From Nitrosopumilaceae archaeon (GTDB lineage: Archaea > Thermoproteota > Nitrososphaeria > Nitrososphaerales > Nitrosopumilaceae), in assembly GCA_965200155.1 (NCBI GenBank), contig CBDATR010000034.1, forward strand, positions 96,001-160,000: a stretch of 64,000 nt of DNA, given 5' to 3'. Below the pieces are notes generated by a model, which ran no database searches, was not told where the DNA came from, and saw only the letters and a program-made list of their open reading frames with translations. Shown here in pieces: positions 1 to 10,320 of this stretch. The position numbers and the translations under genes are program-made. How positions within the stretch are numbered: the stretch's first letter is position 1; each line of letters starts with the position of its first letter.

Positions 1-2
1 TG

Positions 3-629
3 GAGCGATGTGACATCATATCTGATATCATAATAATCTGTGATCTGTCTGGACTGGGTGGACAGATAGAGCACCACTATTCTGGCTACACTGGCAAAAA
101 AATAACATTCATCCAGGACTCGGGTCAGGGGACCGGCGGAGACTTGCTGCACGCTCCACTCCAGAACGAGTCAGAGTTCCTTTTGTGGTTCTGCGACAAC
201 CTGTGCAGCCTGGACATTGTTGCAATGCTGGAGCGGTATCGTGACAAGCATTCGCTGGCATGCATCGCTACCCGTAAACATCGCCAGGAGGAGACCGGCT
301 TCGCAGATGTCTCTGACGGAATAATAACCAGTTTCCGGGAAAAGCCAATCCTGGAGTTACCATTCCATGAGTGCCTGGGCATGTACATCCTTAATGGCTC
401 CCTCCTAGACATGATAAGGCAAAAGGGGGGTCCTGTTAATCTCTCATATGATATCTTGCAAAACCTGCCCCTGGGTAGCATATCCGCTCATGACATTGGT
501 GATTCCCGCTGGATTGACGCCGAGTCGCCCGCCATTATAGAACGGAATCAAAAGTACGTCTCTCACATTATACGTTCCATGAGCGATCATTCCTCTCATA
601 GTTCTCAATCACAGACTCGTACTTCATAG
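3..629 (+). CDS. Nucleotidyltransferase (NTP_transferase-like), 5' end outside window
   Basis: Frame open from position 3; motifs GQGTGGDL, LLWFCDNL and WIDAE resemble sugar-phosphate nucleotidyltransferases. Confidence 0.7.
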   Translation, partial: ERCDIISDIIIICDLSGLGGQIEHHYSGYTGKKITFIQDSGQGTGGDLLHAPLQNESEFLLWFCDNLCSLDIVAMLERYRDKHSLACIATRKHRQEETGFADVSDGIITSFREKPILELPFHECLGMYILNGSLLDMIRQKGGPVNLSYDILQNLPLGSISAHDIGDSRWIDAESPAIIERNQKYVSHIIRSMSDHSSHSSQSQTRTS

Positions 630-1128
630 TCTGGGCAATCTCGTCTAGCCCTTCCAGTAGAATGGTGCGTTTGTACGGATCAATCCGGAATGGTATCGTT
701 CTAGCAGGTAATGTTATCACCTGTTTCTCCAGATTCACCGTAACGGGGCCCCTCTCGTCCATCATATCGTTGGTATCGTCAAGTCGTATAGGCAAGACGC
801 CATTCTTGATACAATTGCTGTAAAATATCTCCGCAAAGGATGTGGAGATTATCACATCGAAGCCGTAATCTTTTAGAGCCCAGACTGCGTGCTCCCGGGA
901 CGAGCCGCACCCAAAGTTGTCCCCGGCCACCAGTATGCGCGAGCCACGGTACCGGGAGTCATTCAGTACAAAGGCAGTACTTTTCATCCTGTCATAGAAC
1001 AGGTATCGGCCAAATCCGCTGCGTGTAACCAGTTTCAGGAACTGCTTTGGTATTATTTGATCCGTGTCTATGTTGGGCTCCGGCAGGGGCGTCACAATTG
1101 ATTGCACAGTCCGGAATGGTTCCATCAT
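568..1128 (-). CDS. leuD: 3-isopropylmalate dehydratase small subunit
   Basis: [37 protein letters not shown]. Confidence 0.93.
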   Translation of the reverse strand: MMEPFRTVQSIVTPLPEPNIDTDQIIPKQFLKLVTRSGFGRYLFYDRMKSTAFVLNDSRYRGSRILVAGDNFGCGSSREHAVWALKDYGFDVIISTSFAEIFYSNCIKNGVLPIRLDDTNDMMDERGPVTVNLEKQVITLPARTIPFRIDPYKRTILLEGLDEIAQTMKYESVIENYERNDRSWNV

Positions 1129-2522
1129 AATTCCCGTATGTCCACAAAGCGTCCGTGTATTGCTGCGGCCGCAGCCATTGCCGGACTCACTAGGTGAGTA
1201 CGGCCGCCTGTTCCCTGCCTGCCCTCAAAGTTGCGATTGGACGTACTGGCGCACCGCTGTCCGGGCTCTAGTATGTCCGGGTTCATACCCAGACACATGC
1301 TGCATCCGGAGTTGCGCCATTCAAAGCCCGCCTTTGTAAATATATCGTCCAGCCCAAGCTTCTCGGCCTCGTGCTTTACCATCTGCGAGCCCGGCACCAC
1401 CATGGCCCTGACGTTTTGCGCCACGCGATTCCCCTGAATTATACCGGCGGCCTCCTGCAAGTCCTCTAATCTTGCATTAGTGCAGGAGCCAATGAATACC
1501 CTGTCTATCATTATATCGGTTACATGGGTCCCCGGTTCCAGGTCCATATACTGCAATGCCCTTGTGGCGCCTTTCTCCGCGTTCAGGTTATCCTTCCCGT
1601 ACTCTTCCGGGTGCGGGATGGTCTCGGTTACATCACAGGTCATGGCCGGGTTGGTCCCCCATGATACCTGGGGCGCCACCATGCCCACATCTATCGTGTA
1701 TGACCTGGCAAAGTGGGCCATTCTGTCACTGTATAACGTATCCTTCCAATGCTCCACCATTTCATCATAGTTATTCGGGGTAAACTGCCTGTCCCTCAGG
1801 TAATCATAGGTGGTATCATCGGGCGCCACCATTCCCGCCCGGGCTCCACCCTCTATGGACATGTTGCATATGGTCATTCTCTGCTCCATGGTCATGTTAC
1901 TCACTGCCTCCCCCATGTACTGGAATACGAATCCGGTACCGCCCGCCGTTCCGATGCTGCGTATGAGGTATAGTATGAGGTCCTTGGCAGTTATCCCCTT
2001 CTTTAGTACGCCATCCATGATAATGCTGTATGATTCAGGCTTCTCCAGCCACAGTGTCTGGGTTGCCAGGACATGCTCTACCTCGCTGGTGCCTATTCCT
2101 AGTGCATATGCGCCAAAGGCCCCGTGGGTGGATGTATGAGAGTCACCGCAGGCTATTGTAGTGCCGGGGAGAGTTATTCCCATCTGCGGTCCTATAACGT
2201 GGACTATGCCCTGATTCGGGCTGTCCATGCCAAACAGTTTGATGCCGTATTCCTGGCAGTTCCGCTCCAGTGCGTGTATCTGGGTTGCCGATGTCCTGTC
2301 TATTATGGGCAGGCCCCGCTTCTCTGTCGGTATGTTATGGTCTACCGTAGCAAAGGTCAGGTCGGGTCTGCGCACAGACCTGCCCACCAGCCTTAATCCG
2401 TCAAATGCCTGCGGTGATGTCACCTCGTGTACCATGTGCCTGTCTACATATATGAGGGACTGGTTGTCACGGGTTGTTATAACGTGAGAATCCCATATCT
2501 TTTCAAAGAGCGTTCTGTCCAT
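1125..2522 (-). CDS. leuC: 3-isopropylmalate dehydratase large subunit
   Basis: [59 protein letters not shown]; start taken at MDRTL (2522). Confidence 0.95.
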   Translation of the reverse strand: MDRTLFEKIWDSHVITTRDNQSLIYVDRHMVHEVTSPQAFDGLRLVGRSVRRPDLTFATVDHNIPTEKRGLPIIDRTSATQIHALERNCQEYGIKLFGMDSPNQGIVHVIGPQMGITLPGTTIACGDSHTSTHGAFGAYALGIGTSEVEHVLATQTLWLEKPESYSIIMDGVLKKGITAKDLILYLIRSIGTAGGTGFVFQYMGEAVSNMTMEQRMTICNMSIEGGARAGMVAPDDTTYDYLRDRQFTPNNYDEMVEHWKDTLYSDRMAHFARSYTIDVGMVAPQVSWGTNPAMTCDVTETIPHPEEYGKDNLNAEKGATRALQYMDLEPGTHVTDIMIDRVFIGSCTNARLEDLQEAAGIIQGNRVAQNVRAMVVPGSQMVKHEAEKLGLDDIFTKAGFEWRNSGCSMCLGMNPDILEPGQRCASTSNRNFEGRQGTGGRTHLVSPAMAAAAAIHGRFVDIREL

Positions 2523-2523
2523 T

Positions 2524-3015
2524 TCACTCGGGCTTGTATTTGAATATACCACCAGCCCTTATTATGTCTAGTATTATACCGGGGAACGGTTTTGTGTCAT
2601 ATGTCTTGTTTGTAGTGTGATTGGTGACCGTATTTGTCTCAATGTCCAGGTCTATGGTATCGCCGTCCGATATGCCGTTATACGCGTCATTGTCTATCTC
2701 AACCGGTAACAGAAAGGCACCATCAACACAGTTGCGGTAGAATATTCTGGCAAAGGAGGGTGCCAGTACCGCCTTGATGCCCGACTGCGATAAGGCAATG
2801 GGGGCGTGCTCCCGGGACGAGCCGCACCCGAAATTCCTTCCCGCCAGTATGTATGTTCCATTTTTTGCATGAAATTTATCATCCAGTCCCTCCATGGCGT
2901 GAGTCGCCAGCTCGTTGTAATCGTGTATCTTTAGGTACTGGCCGGGTATTATGACATCCGTATCTATATTGTCCCTGTCATACTTTATGACTTTGCCACT
3001 CATATCATATGTCAC
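2524..3015 (-). CDS. Archaeal-type aconitase-family small subunit (LeuD/HacB, homoaconitase-like)
   Basis: [34 protein letters not shown]. Confidence 0.88.
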   Translation of the reverse strand: MTYDMSGKVIKYDRDNIDTDVIIPGQYLKIHDYNELATHAMEGLDDKFHAKNGTYILAGRNFGCGSSREHAPIALSQSGIKAVLAPSFARIFYRNCVDGAFLLPVEIDNDAYNGISDGDTIDLDIETNTVTNHTTNKTYDTKPFPGIILDIIRAGGIFKYKPE

Positions 3016-4273
3016 CGGGGTTAGTTATGCGGCCCGTTATGGCGGAGGCCGCGGCCACTGCCGGGGATGCCAGATAGGTGCGGGAACCTGCATGTCCCAT
3101 GCGGCCGGGAAAGTTACGATTAGTGGTACTTATGCAGACCTCGCCGTCTGCCAGTACTCCCATGTGGGCACCACAGCAGGCGCCGCATGTGGGCGGCCCT
3201 ACGGTGGCTCCCGCGTCTATCATTATGTCTACCAGCCCGCCCTTTATTGCTCGCCGGTATATGGATATTGTAGCGGGCAGTACCTCTGTTCTTATCCTGA
3301 CACTCCTGCCCTTGAGTATGCGGGCTGCCGCCTCCAGATCCTCGTACTTTGCACCGGTACAGGAGCCAATGTATGCCTTGTCCAGTTCTTCGGATGGAGC
3401 CTCGGAGACGGGGACCACATTATCAGGCGAGTATGGCTTGGCCACTACCGGTACCAGGGTTTCCGCATCATACTCTCTGGTATCATGATATGATGCGGTA
3501 TTATTCCGTTCCATGGTTTTCACGTTGTGGGCACCCCGTCCCTCCAGGTATGATACAGTTTTTTCATCCGCGGGCATTATCCCGTTCTTGGCTCCTGCCT
3601 CCGTAGTCATGTTGCATATGGTGAGTCTGTCCTCTACGGACATGCTCCTTATGGTGCTCCCGTCAAACTCCATGGCCCTGTATGCGGCGCCCTCAGTTCC
3701 CATGTCGCCAATTATACTAAGTATGACATCTTTGGCCATGACATCACGGGGCAGGGTCCCGTCAATCTTTATGTGAATGGTCTCCGGAATGCGGAACCAA
3801 ATGCGTCCCTTTAGCAGTACGTATGCCATGTCCGTGTGTCCCAAGCCACAGGCAAAGGCGCCCAGGGCACCCGTGGTATTTGTATGAGAGTCGCCGCCGA
3901 CGTATACCTCTCCTGGTAATACAAGGGCCTCCTCATGAGAGAGCGAGTGGCATATACCATACTGGCCCATGCCATACTTGAAGTGCCTTTCTATACCGTG
4001 GGACTTGGTGAATTTGGACAGTTTTATGATATTCTGCGCCGATATCTTCTCCGCGGAGGGCACAAAGTGGTCCTCGGCAACCCATACCTTGGTGGGGTCC
4101 CACAGCCTGTCTGTGGGTATGCCCTGTTTTCTCAGCTTCTCAAAGACCTTCATGACTCCCGGTCCTGACACGTCATGAATCATTGCCTTGTCCACGTTCG
4201 CGAATACCACGTCTCCCGGTGATACCCTGTCCTTTCCGGATGCGCGTGCAAGTATCTTCTCGGTAAGGTTCAT
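3005..4273 (-). CDS. Archaeal-type aconitase-family large subunit (LeuC/HacA, homoaconitase-like)
   Basis: MNLTEKIL, DSHTNTTGALG, IGSCTG, CGACCGAH, STTNRNFPGRMG. Confidence 0.9.
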   Translation of the reverse strand: MNLTEKILARASGKDRVSPGDVVFANVDKAMIHDVSGPGVMKVFEKLRKQGIPTDRLWDPTKVWVAEDHFVPSAEKISAQNIIKLSKFTKSHGIERHFKYGMGQYGICHSLSHEEALVLPGEVYVGGDSHTNTTGALGAFACGLGHTDMAYVLLKGRIWFRIPETIHIKIDGTLPRDVMAKDVILSIIGDMGTEGAAYRAMEFDGSTIRSMSVEDRLTICNMTTEAGAKNGIMPADEKTVSYLEGRGAHNVKTMERNNTASYHDTREYDAETLVPVVAKPYSPDNVVPVSEAPSEELDKAYIGSCTGAKYEDLEAAARILKGRSVRIRTEVLPATISIYRRAIKGGLVDIMIDAGATVGPPTCGACCGAHMGVLADGEVCISTTNRNFPGRMGHAGSRTYLASPAVAAASAITGRITNPGDI

Positions 4274-4323
4274 GGTACTGGAATAAATCCGCGGGATTTT
4301 AAAACTTTGGCAGGATATGTTGG

Positions 4324-4648
4324 TAATCGTTTGTATGAGTTCACGTCTTCCGGAATCTTATGCACAAATCACATTAACTAGAACAACCTGTTCCATCAGT
4401 TATGCGTAAATTTAGACACAGGTGAACTCATACAATCGTTTAGGTCGCTCAAGTAATTTTCTGTATATGCTACCAAGGCAGAGACCAAATCCTGTAATTC
4501 ATTTCGTTCGTGACATTTGCATAACAAGGTATCCCAGCATTAGGCTTGCAGGAACCATTCCCTACCGTTTTAGGATATGGTTTGCTTATGCTTACCGGAT
4601 TTTGTGCCATGAAAACGCGTCTCAATTCGGCGCAACCTAAACGGTTAC
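4324..4648. mobile_element. MITE family B (GTAACCGTTTAGGTC-type ends); left TIR interrupted by a family A MITE
   Basis: Ends gtaatcgtttaggtcgc and gcaacctaaacggttac; interior similar to 15610-15880. Confidence 0.6.
4333..4433 (+). mobile_element. MITE family A (101-bp type)
   Basis: TIRs gtatgagttcac/gtgaactcatac; 8-bp TSD aatcgttt. Confidence 0.92.
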
Positions 4649-4666
4649 CCACAAGGGGTGCTCATG

Positions 4667-4764
4667 GTAACAGTTTAGGTCACTCATGCAGGGAATACCA
4701 TGGTGGAAAACGCAAGATTTGTGGTGTCCTCAAACGGTTGCTCGAGGGCGCCTTAAACGGTTAT
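4667..4764. mobile_element. Degenerate MITE family B
   Basis: gtaacagtttaggtcac ... ccttaaacggttat. Confidence 0.45.
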
Positions 4765-4934
4765 GGGGACGATTTTTATGCATGTGCCGGGAGATAGTAA
4801 TGGTGTGGAAAAAAGTATAGATGATATGTTCGATGAAATGATACTGGGGGACTGAAGATGAAAGAAATAGTTTCCACTTTTACACAAAAAGATGAAGAGT
4901 TTGACGTGAATGGTATAGGCTTGGGTACCAATTC

Positions 4935-5228
4935 GTGAATTACCAAACTTATCCGGGATAGAAAAGGAGATTGATAAAGAAGCGGCAAAGGGCAGTCCTG
5001 TTTACAAAGTTAGACGAAAATATGTCGCAAAATTATCCAAAATCACAGGACGAAACACAATACTGTTCCGGATGGTTGCAGAAACCAAGCATACCGATCA
5101 AACAGCTCGTGTCAATTAACGACGATGAAAATGGGTTCATGACAACAGTAAATGGTCTCAATACTTCCAAAGGGCTTGACTTGATACTTCATACACCGGG
5201 AGGAGATGTGGGAGCAACAGAATCAATG
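4935..5228 (+). pseudogene. Truncated SDH/ClpP-fold serine protease fragment
   Basis: [10 protein letters not shown] and [18 protein letters not shown]; frameshifted and cut by a MITE. Confidence 0.6.
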
Positions 5229-5309
5229 TATGAGTTCATGCCTTCGCCAATCAGTGCCTGAATCTCTGCGATCCGCCGTGCATAAATTTAGACGGAGATG
5301 AACTCATAC
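5229..5309 (+). mobile_element. Divergent 81-bp MITE related to family A
   Basis: TIRs gtatgagttcat/atgaactcatac, shared taaatttagac, different interior, no TSD. Confidence 0.75.
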
Positions 5310-5650
5310 CAATGAACCGTTCCATGCGCGAGAACCGGGTAGGCGAGTTCCGCCGGAAAGTAGTACAAAAGTGCGAGGCACTGGGGATTGAATTGATATT
5401 TGTGCCAGCGAAATACACGAGGGGGCGGTTTACCCGCCCAACGGTATGAGTTCACCTGTGTCTAAATTTACGCATAACTGATCGCGACCGTTAATGTGAT
5501 TTGTGCATAAGATTCCGGAAGACGTGAACTCATACGCCCAACGAGCCAGACCTGTCATGCGTGCGGGCACCATTCCAAGGATTCTAGATTAACCAGGGAC
5601 ACTTTCAATATGTAACCAGTAATTTCACGCCGATATCAACGCGGCGTTTA
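5310..5650 (+). pseudogene. tnpB: tnpB (IS200/IS605-type RNA-guided nuclease) C-terminal remnant
   Basis: After removing insertions reads GEFRRKVVQKCEALGIELIFVPAKYT-SQTCHACGH...HADINAA (zinc finger and RuvC-III motifs). Confidence 0.75.
5444..5535 (-). mobile_element. MITE family A (92-bp type)
   Basis: TIRs; 8-bp TSD gcccaacg; inside tnpB remnant. Confidence 0.92.
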
Positions 5651-5837
5651 GTAACCGGTTTCCCTGTGTGGGGCGGCAGAGCGTGTCGTCCGGGAGGCGG
5701 GGAACAGTTCCCCGCCCAACCGGAGGCGTCAGGGCGGGAATAATGGTGACAAGCCAAAGCCATGTACTGTCCGGGAACGAGATGCCATGTTCTCAAAGAC
5801 TTATGGTGACCACTGTATGCCAACTTCCACACAATAG

Positions 5838-7083
5838 GAGTTTGTTGCATAACTGACTTTGACAGAATACAGGTTCCCCATGTCGTAATCTACGTTACTG
5901 CCGCGTCCGCCCACTCGTTGCACTCGTATGTTATCCCATTTCCGCGCCATTAATCCGTGCCCGAATAATCGTTTGAACGGGAACCGGCTCTGATTATCTC
6001 GATTATCCATCGCCTGTTGTACCCTTTTGCCGCCTTCCAGTACTGCTTGTTTTCGGCCTTTTCCTCATCAGAAAGGCGGAAAATGGGCGATTCCGGGCTT
6101 CCTCCAAGACTGCAAGTCCCCATGAGTCGCCTTTCCTTTGGTGGAATTTAGCTGAAGTGGAATGGTTGTCCGGATTCGATTATCACTGCACAATTTCATG
6201 TTATCCCTGGACGCGTATGCGCCATCTGCAAGCAACTCGAGGTTGCATGCGCGCTTCTCATCATTATTCAGTAAGAGGGACACACCGTTAGTCAGCGCCT
6301 TTCCGGGTTGTGGCTTATCTGTTGGTCCTGCCAGGGATGGCAACTGTTGCAATGGGTCCGGAACTTTCCAATTCCAGGGTGATCAAGTATAGGTGTGTTA
6401 TTACAGCGGGCCATAATGTTGCAATGGGTCCGGAACTTTCCAATTCCAGGGTGTGCTCCCTGTCCAGTTGTGGCTCTTCTGCATACGAGTCCAGTACTGC
6501 ATTGTTTAACATGCGCGTATCCCCAACCCACTCGCCGGTAACCGTAAATGCATATGCTCTCCCAGTCCGCGAGCATTGATGAATCCGCGCCTCTTTTTCC
6601 ATTTGGTTCTAATCCACTCGCCACGATTCAAGGCCGGTCGAGTTAACAATCATGGTTCTAGTTAGCTTTTTGTCTGTGCCGACAATCATACCATTCCCCT
6701 TCTATGTCAAGATCTTTTCCGCGTCTGTAGTGGAGTAGTGCGGGGTTTGGTGTCCTTCCAGTAGTCCTGCAAGGAATCCGGATACCTGCCTGTATCTCAT
6801 ACCTAATGCCGTTCTCAGTGTCATGTAACATGTCCACGACATACCGGTAGGGAGCACCCTCCTTTATGGTTGGCCTTTTCAATCCCATACATGATCAAAG
6901 CCAAATAGCCTTCCGCTGGACGTACTTGCATTGTCGGTGAATACCATCAAGTTTGTTTAAAATATCTCAGATATTAATGCTTGGATCCAAGTTAGTAATC
7001 ACTATGACAGAATAAACGAAAATACTCAAACCGTTTCTCACATACATTTTTGATCTAACTTGTTTGGAGTTATACAACAAAGT
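5838..7083 (-). mobile_element. IS5 family (IS903 group) element with a pseudogenised transposase
   Basis: Imperfect TIRs gagtttgttgcataact/agttatacaacaaagt, 9-bp TSD acacaatag, motifs GEWIRTKW, LLADGAY, YNRRWII; multiple frameshifts. Confidence 0.8.
6345..6453. repeat. Isolated repeat-spacer-repeat unit 1 (37+35+37 bp), CRISPR-like geometry
   Basis: tgttgcaatgggtccggaactttccaattccagggtg at 6345-6381 and 6417-6453. Confidence 0.9.
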
Positions 7084-7122
7084 ACACAATAGTTAATATT
7101 TACATGCACTAGAGCGAATAGC

Positions 7123-7311
7123 ATGGACGTATTGATGGGCTTGGTAATTGTAACCATAATACTGGCGGGAGGCTGGGTTGGATACCATTCATGGCAGCAT
7201 TCCATGGAGGAAGGTTATGACTCCGGTGAGGCGCACGCAATAGGGCCGGAACAGCAGCTTGTACTATATGACGGGTCACATACTGGTATTGTAATTGCCT
7301 CTAACCGATAG
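7123..7311 (+). CDS. Small membrane-anchored hypothetical protein
   Basis: 62 aa with N-terminal hydrophobic helix; AT-rich upstream region. Confidence 0.45.
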   Translation: MDVLMGLVIVTIILAGGWVGYHSWQHSMEEGYDSGEAHAIGPEQQLVLYDGSHTGIVIASNR

Positions 7312-7501
7312 GGAGATAATACTGGTGCACATATCAAACGCGCTAACCGTATATGCTATAGGCCGCGCGGAGAATCGCATACCGGTCCATACCACACCGC
7401 ACCAGTTTGTCTATGATTCCATTCCGGAGAAATTCCGGCCCAATCTTGGTGCGGACTTGATAGACGAGATATTTGCAGCTATCCAAACGGTTCATAAATA
7501 G
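7295..7501 (+). CDS. Small hypothetical protein
   Basis: 68-aa ORF tightly packed upstream of purP. Confidence 0.5.
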   Translation: MPLTDREIILVHISNALTVYAIGRAENRIPVHTTPHQFVYDSIPEKFRPNLGADLIDEIFAAIQTVHK

Positions 7502-8540
7502 CGCCCAAATGCAATATTTTGGTATGGTTGCCATCTCTACGCTGGGTTCGCATTGCGCCCTGCAGGTGCTCAAGGGTGCCAAGGACGAGGGCCTAGATAC
7601 CATACTGGTCTGCGAGAAGCGCCGCCTCTCCCTGTATGGCCGTTTCCCGTTCATTGACAAGATAATTCCCGTTGACTCCTTTGCGGAGATAATGACCGAC
7701 TCGTACATGACTGCCTTGCAGGACTCCGTACTGATACCCCATGGCACGCTGGTGGCCCAGATGGAGCCGGATACTATCGAGTCCATTTCTGTACCGGTAT
7801 TTGGTAACAAGTACATACTCCGGTGGGAGTCGGATCGCGCACTGAAAGAGAGAATGATGATCCAGGCGCGCCTGCCCGTACCAAACGCCGTGGCATCACC
7901 GGATGACATAGCATCACAGGTAATAGTAAAGCGACAGGGCGCTGCTGGTGGCAAGGGGTATTTCATGGCATCCTCCCCGCAGCAGTTCCGGGACCGGCGC
8001 GACTCGTTGGTGGCCAGCGGAGTAATATCTGATGACGAGCAGTTATACATACAGGAGTATATAGCTGGCGTACTGGCATACTTGCAGTTCTTTTATTCCC
8101 CTCTCAGGGGCGAGGTGGAATTTTACGGATGCGACCAGCGTCACGAGTCCGATATTGAGGGTCTTGCCAGGATACCATCATCCAGCCAGAACCGGGACTG
8201 GGTACCCTCATTCAATGTCATAGGGAATAGTCCACTCTTCCTAAGGGAGTCCCTTCTTGATGAGGCCTACAAGATGGCTGATCGTTTCGTAAAAGCTGCC
8301 AAAGATCTTGCCCCGCCGGGTATGAACGGCCCCTTCTGCATAGAGGGCGTCTATGACGGGGATGGCAGGTTTTCATCATTCGAGTTTTCCGCCCGTATAG
8401 TGGCAGGTACCAGCATCCACATGGATGGCTCCCCGTACTATACGATGCTCTTTGGCCAGCCACTGAGTATGGGAAGGCGCATAGCCCGGGAGATAAAAAA
8501 CGCCAATGACCGTGGCCAGCTAGATATGGTGACCACCTGA
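7473..8540 (+). CDS. purP: FAICAR synthetase (formate-dependent, ATP-grasp); true start probably slightly downstream
   Basis: TLGSHCALQVLKGAKDEG, LRWESDR, GAAGGKGYF, GPFCIE, FEFSARIVAGT. Confidence 0.9.
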   Translation: MQLSKRFINSAQMQYFGMVAISTLGSHCALQVLKGAKDEGLDTILVCEKRRLSLYGRFPFIDKIIPVDSFAEIMTDSYMTALQDSVLIPHGTLVAQMEPDTIESISVPVFGNKYILRWESDRALKERMMIQARLPVPNAVASPDDIASQVIVKRQGAAGGKGYFMASSPQQFRDRRDSLVASGVISDDEQLYIQEYIAGVLAYLQFFYSPLRGEVEFYGCDQRHESDIEGLARIPSSSQNRDWVPSFNVIGNSPLFLRESLLDEAYKMADRFVKAAKDLAPPGMNGPFCIEGVYDGDGRFSSFEFSARIVAGTSIHMDGSPYYTMLFGQPLSMGRRIAREIKNANDRGQLDMVTT

Positions 8541-9335
8541 GGCAGTCTGCTTATCTATACCGCGCTGCGACTTTACTACGTATAGGTCACGAAGTTTCGT
8601 ACTAATGAAATCTATCACAAGTACCAGAACCAGCACCACAAGCATAAAGAATGCTGCCTTGCCATACTCAAAGAACCTGATATGCGTAATTATGTAGAAT
8701 CCAATCCCCCCTGCCCCCACGATTCCCAGTATACTGGACTGCCTGACGTTATAGTCGAACATGTACAACAGGTGGCCTAAAAGGTGGGACGCGGACTCGG
8801 GTATTACCACGTGCCTTATCATCTGCAGTTTCGACAGTCCGATGGAACCTGCTGCATCCATTGGTTCCACATCTATGGACTCTATTGACTCATACTGCAT
8901 CTTTGCCACAAAGCCTACCGTATACATGATTATTGCAAGTATCCCAGCAAAGGGGCTGGGGCCCACCATTATGACGAATAGCAGCGCCCACAGTATGGCG
9001 GGAAACATTCGGAGGGCGGCCAGCAACATGCGCATGGGGGCGTACACCCACTTGCCCATAACGTTGCGGGATGCCAAGAGACCCATGGGCAGTGCTATGC
9101 CATATCCCACCACGGTTCCTACAAATGCCATCTGTACGGTCTCCAGCATGGACCACAGTGCGCGCTCCAGCATTCTTTGGTCTACTTCCTGTAGCTCTTC
9201 TACTATCTCGTCCATGACCAATGCCAAATTGGGCAGGCCTTCCACAAACTCCTGGGGACTGGCCTCCATGTTCCATGATATGGCAATTACTGCTGCGACT
9301 ATGACTGCTATGGTGATGTTAGTCTTGGGGGTCAT
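8520..9335 (-). CDS. phnE: Phosphonate/phosphite ABC transporter permease
   Basis: ETVQMAFVGT, YMFDYNVRQSSILGIVGAGGIG; several TM helices. Confidence 0.9.
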   Translation of the reverse strand: MTPKTNITIAVIVAAVIAISWNMEASPQEFVEGLPNLALVMDEIVEELQEVDQRMLERALWSMLETVQMAFVGTVVGYGIALPMGLLASRNVMGKWVYAPMRMLLAALRMFPAILWALLFVIMVGPSPFAGILAIIMYTVGFVAKMQYESIESIDVEPMDAAGSIGLSKLQMIRHVVIPESASHLLGHLLYMFDYNVRQSSILGIVGAGGIGFYIITHIRFFEYGKAAFFMLVVLVLVLVIDFISTKLRDLYVVKSQRGIDKQTASGGHHI

Positions 9336-10101
9336 TGTACATTTCCATTATCTCTTGAGTGGTACAGTTGCCTGTATGAAATGATGTTATTCTCCTGTCA
9401 CACAATCCAAGCTCCATAACCTTCTTGCCATGCTGTATGAGCGCAACATGGTCCGCAAACTCCAGAGCCAGATCCACGTTATGGTGTATCATGACGGCTG
9501 TAAGCTCGCTCCCCTTCTGGATCTCCGCTACTAGACTCATCACTTCCCGGGCGGTCTTGTCGTCCAGTTCAGAAAGCATCTCGTCGGCGAGCAGAATAGT
9601 CGGCCTCTGCATGAATGCCCTGGCAATAGCGACCCTTCTCTTCTCGCCGCCACTGAGCATGTACACCTTGCGATACTCCTTGCCTGACAATCCAACCTGC
9701 TCCAGTATCTCCAGTGCGCGTTCAGTCTCCTCTGCCGGATAGCGCTTGATAAGCGAGTCTAACTTTTTCATGCGGGGCAGCGCCCCTATCATTACGTTAT
9801 CAAAGACGGTGGAATTGCGCACCAAGCCCAGGTGTTGTGGTATGTATCCTATGTGGGACATCACCGATCTAAACCTGCGACTGCCCTGGTCCGGAGTGTG
9901 ACCGTCCACCGCTATACTGCCCTTGTACGGCATCATGAGTCCGTTCATAAGCTTGAGGAGGGTGGATTTGCCGGATCCTGAAGTACCCACTATGGCATAG
10001 TTGGAATTTTTCTTTATATCCATATTTATCTCCTGCAGTATTATGCTTTTCTTGTTGTAAGATGCCCAGACATCATTCATGCGAATTATGCTATCCGGCA
10101 T
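9319..10101 (-). CDS. phnC: Phosphonate/phosphite ABC transporter ATPase
   Basis: Walker A GTSGSGKS, signature LSGGEKRRVAIARA, LLADE. Confidence 0.88.
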   Translation of the reverse strand: MPDSIIRMNDVWASYNKKSIILQEINMDIKKNSNYAIVGTSGSGKSTLLKLMNGLMMPYKGSIAVDGHTPDQGSRRFRSVMSHIGYIPQHLGLVRNSTVFDNVMIGALPRMKKLDSLIKRYPAEETERALEILEQVGLSGKEYRKVYMLSGGEKRRVAIARAFMQRPTILLADEMLSELDDKTAREVMSLVAEIQKGSELTAVMIHHNVDLALEFADHVALIQHGKKVMELGLCDRRITSFHTGNCTTQEIMEMYNDPQD

Positions 10102-10320
10102 ATCTTGGGACTAGAGTGGCTAAATATATAACAAATGTTTCATGGAGAATTAAATTTTCTGAGATATGCCTGTCATAATGTTGCGTAATTAATTTGCGCA
10201 ATGTTCGCGCAATGTATTACAACTATTCATATAGTAATTGGAAAGACGTGAACTCTATTTGTATTCCACAATTGTAGAATTATATTTTATAATTATGTTA
10301 ACGAGGCACAAAAAAAAACA

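Noticed and set aside
568-4273. Two leuCD-like pairs as a novelty
   Set aside because: Consistent with ordinary isopropylmalate isomerase plus homoaconitase-type paralogues in archaea
5310-6453. tnpB remnant plus nearby mini-array as a Cas12-like locus
   Set aside because: The unit lies inside a separate IS903-group element with its own TSD, tnpB is only a fragment, and equivalent units with other repeats occur away from tnpB
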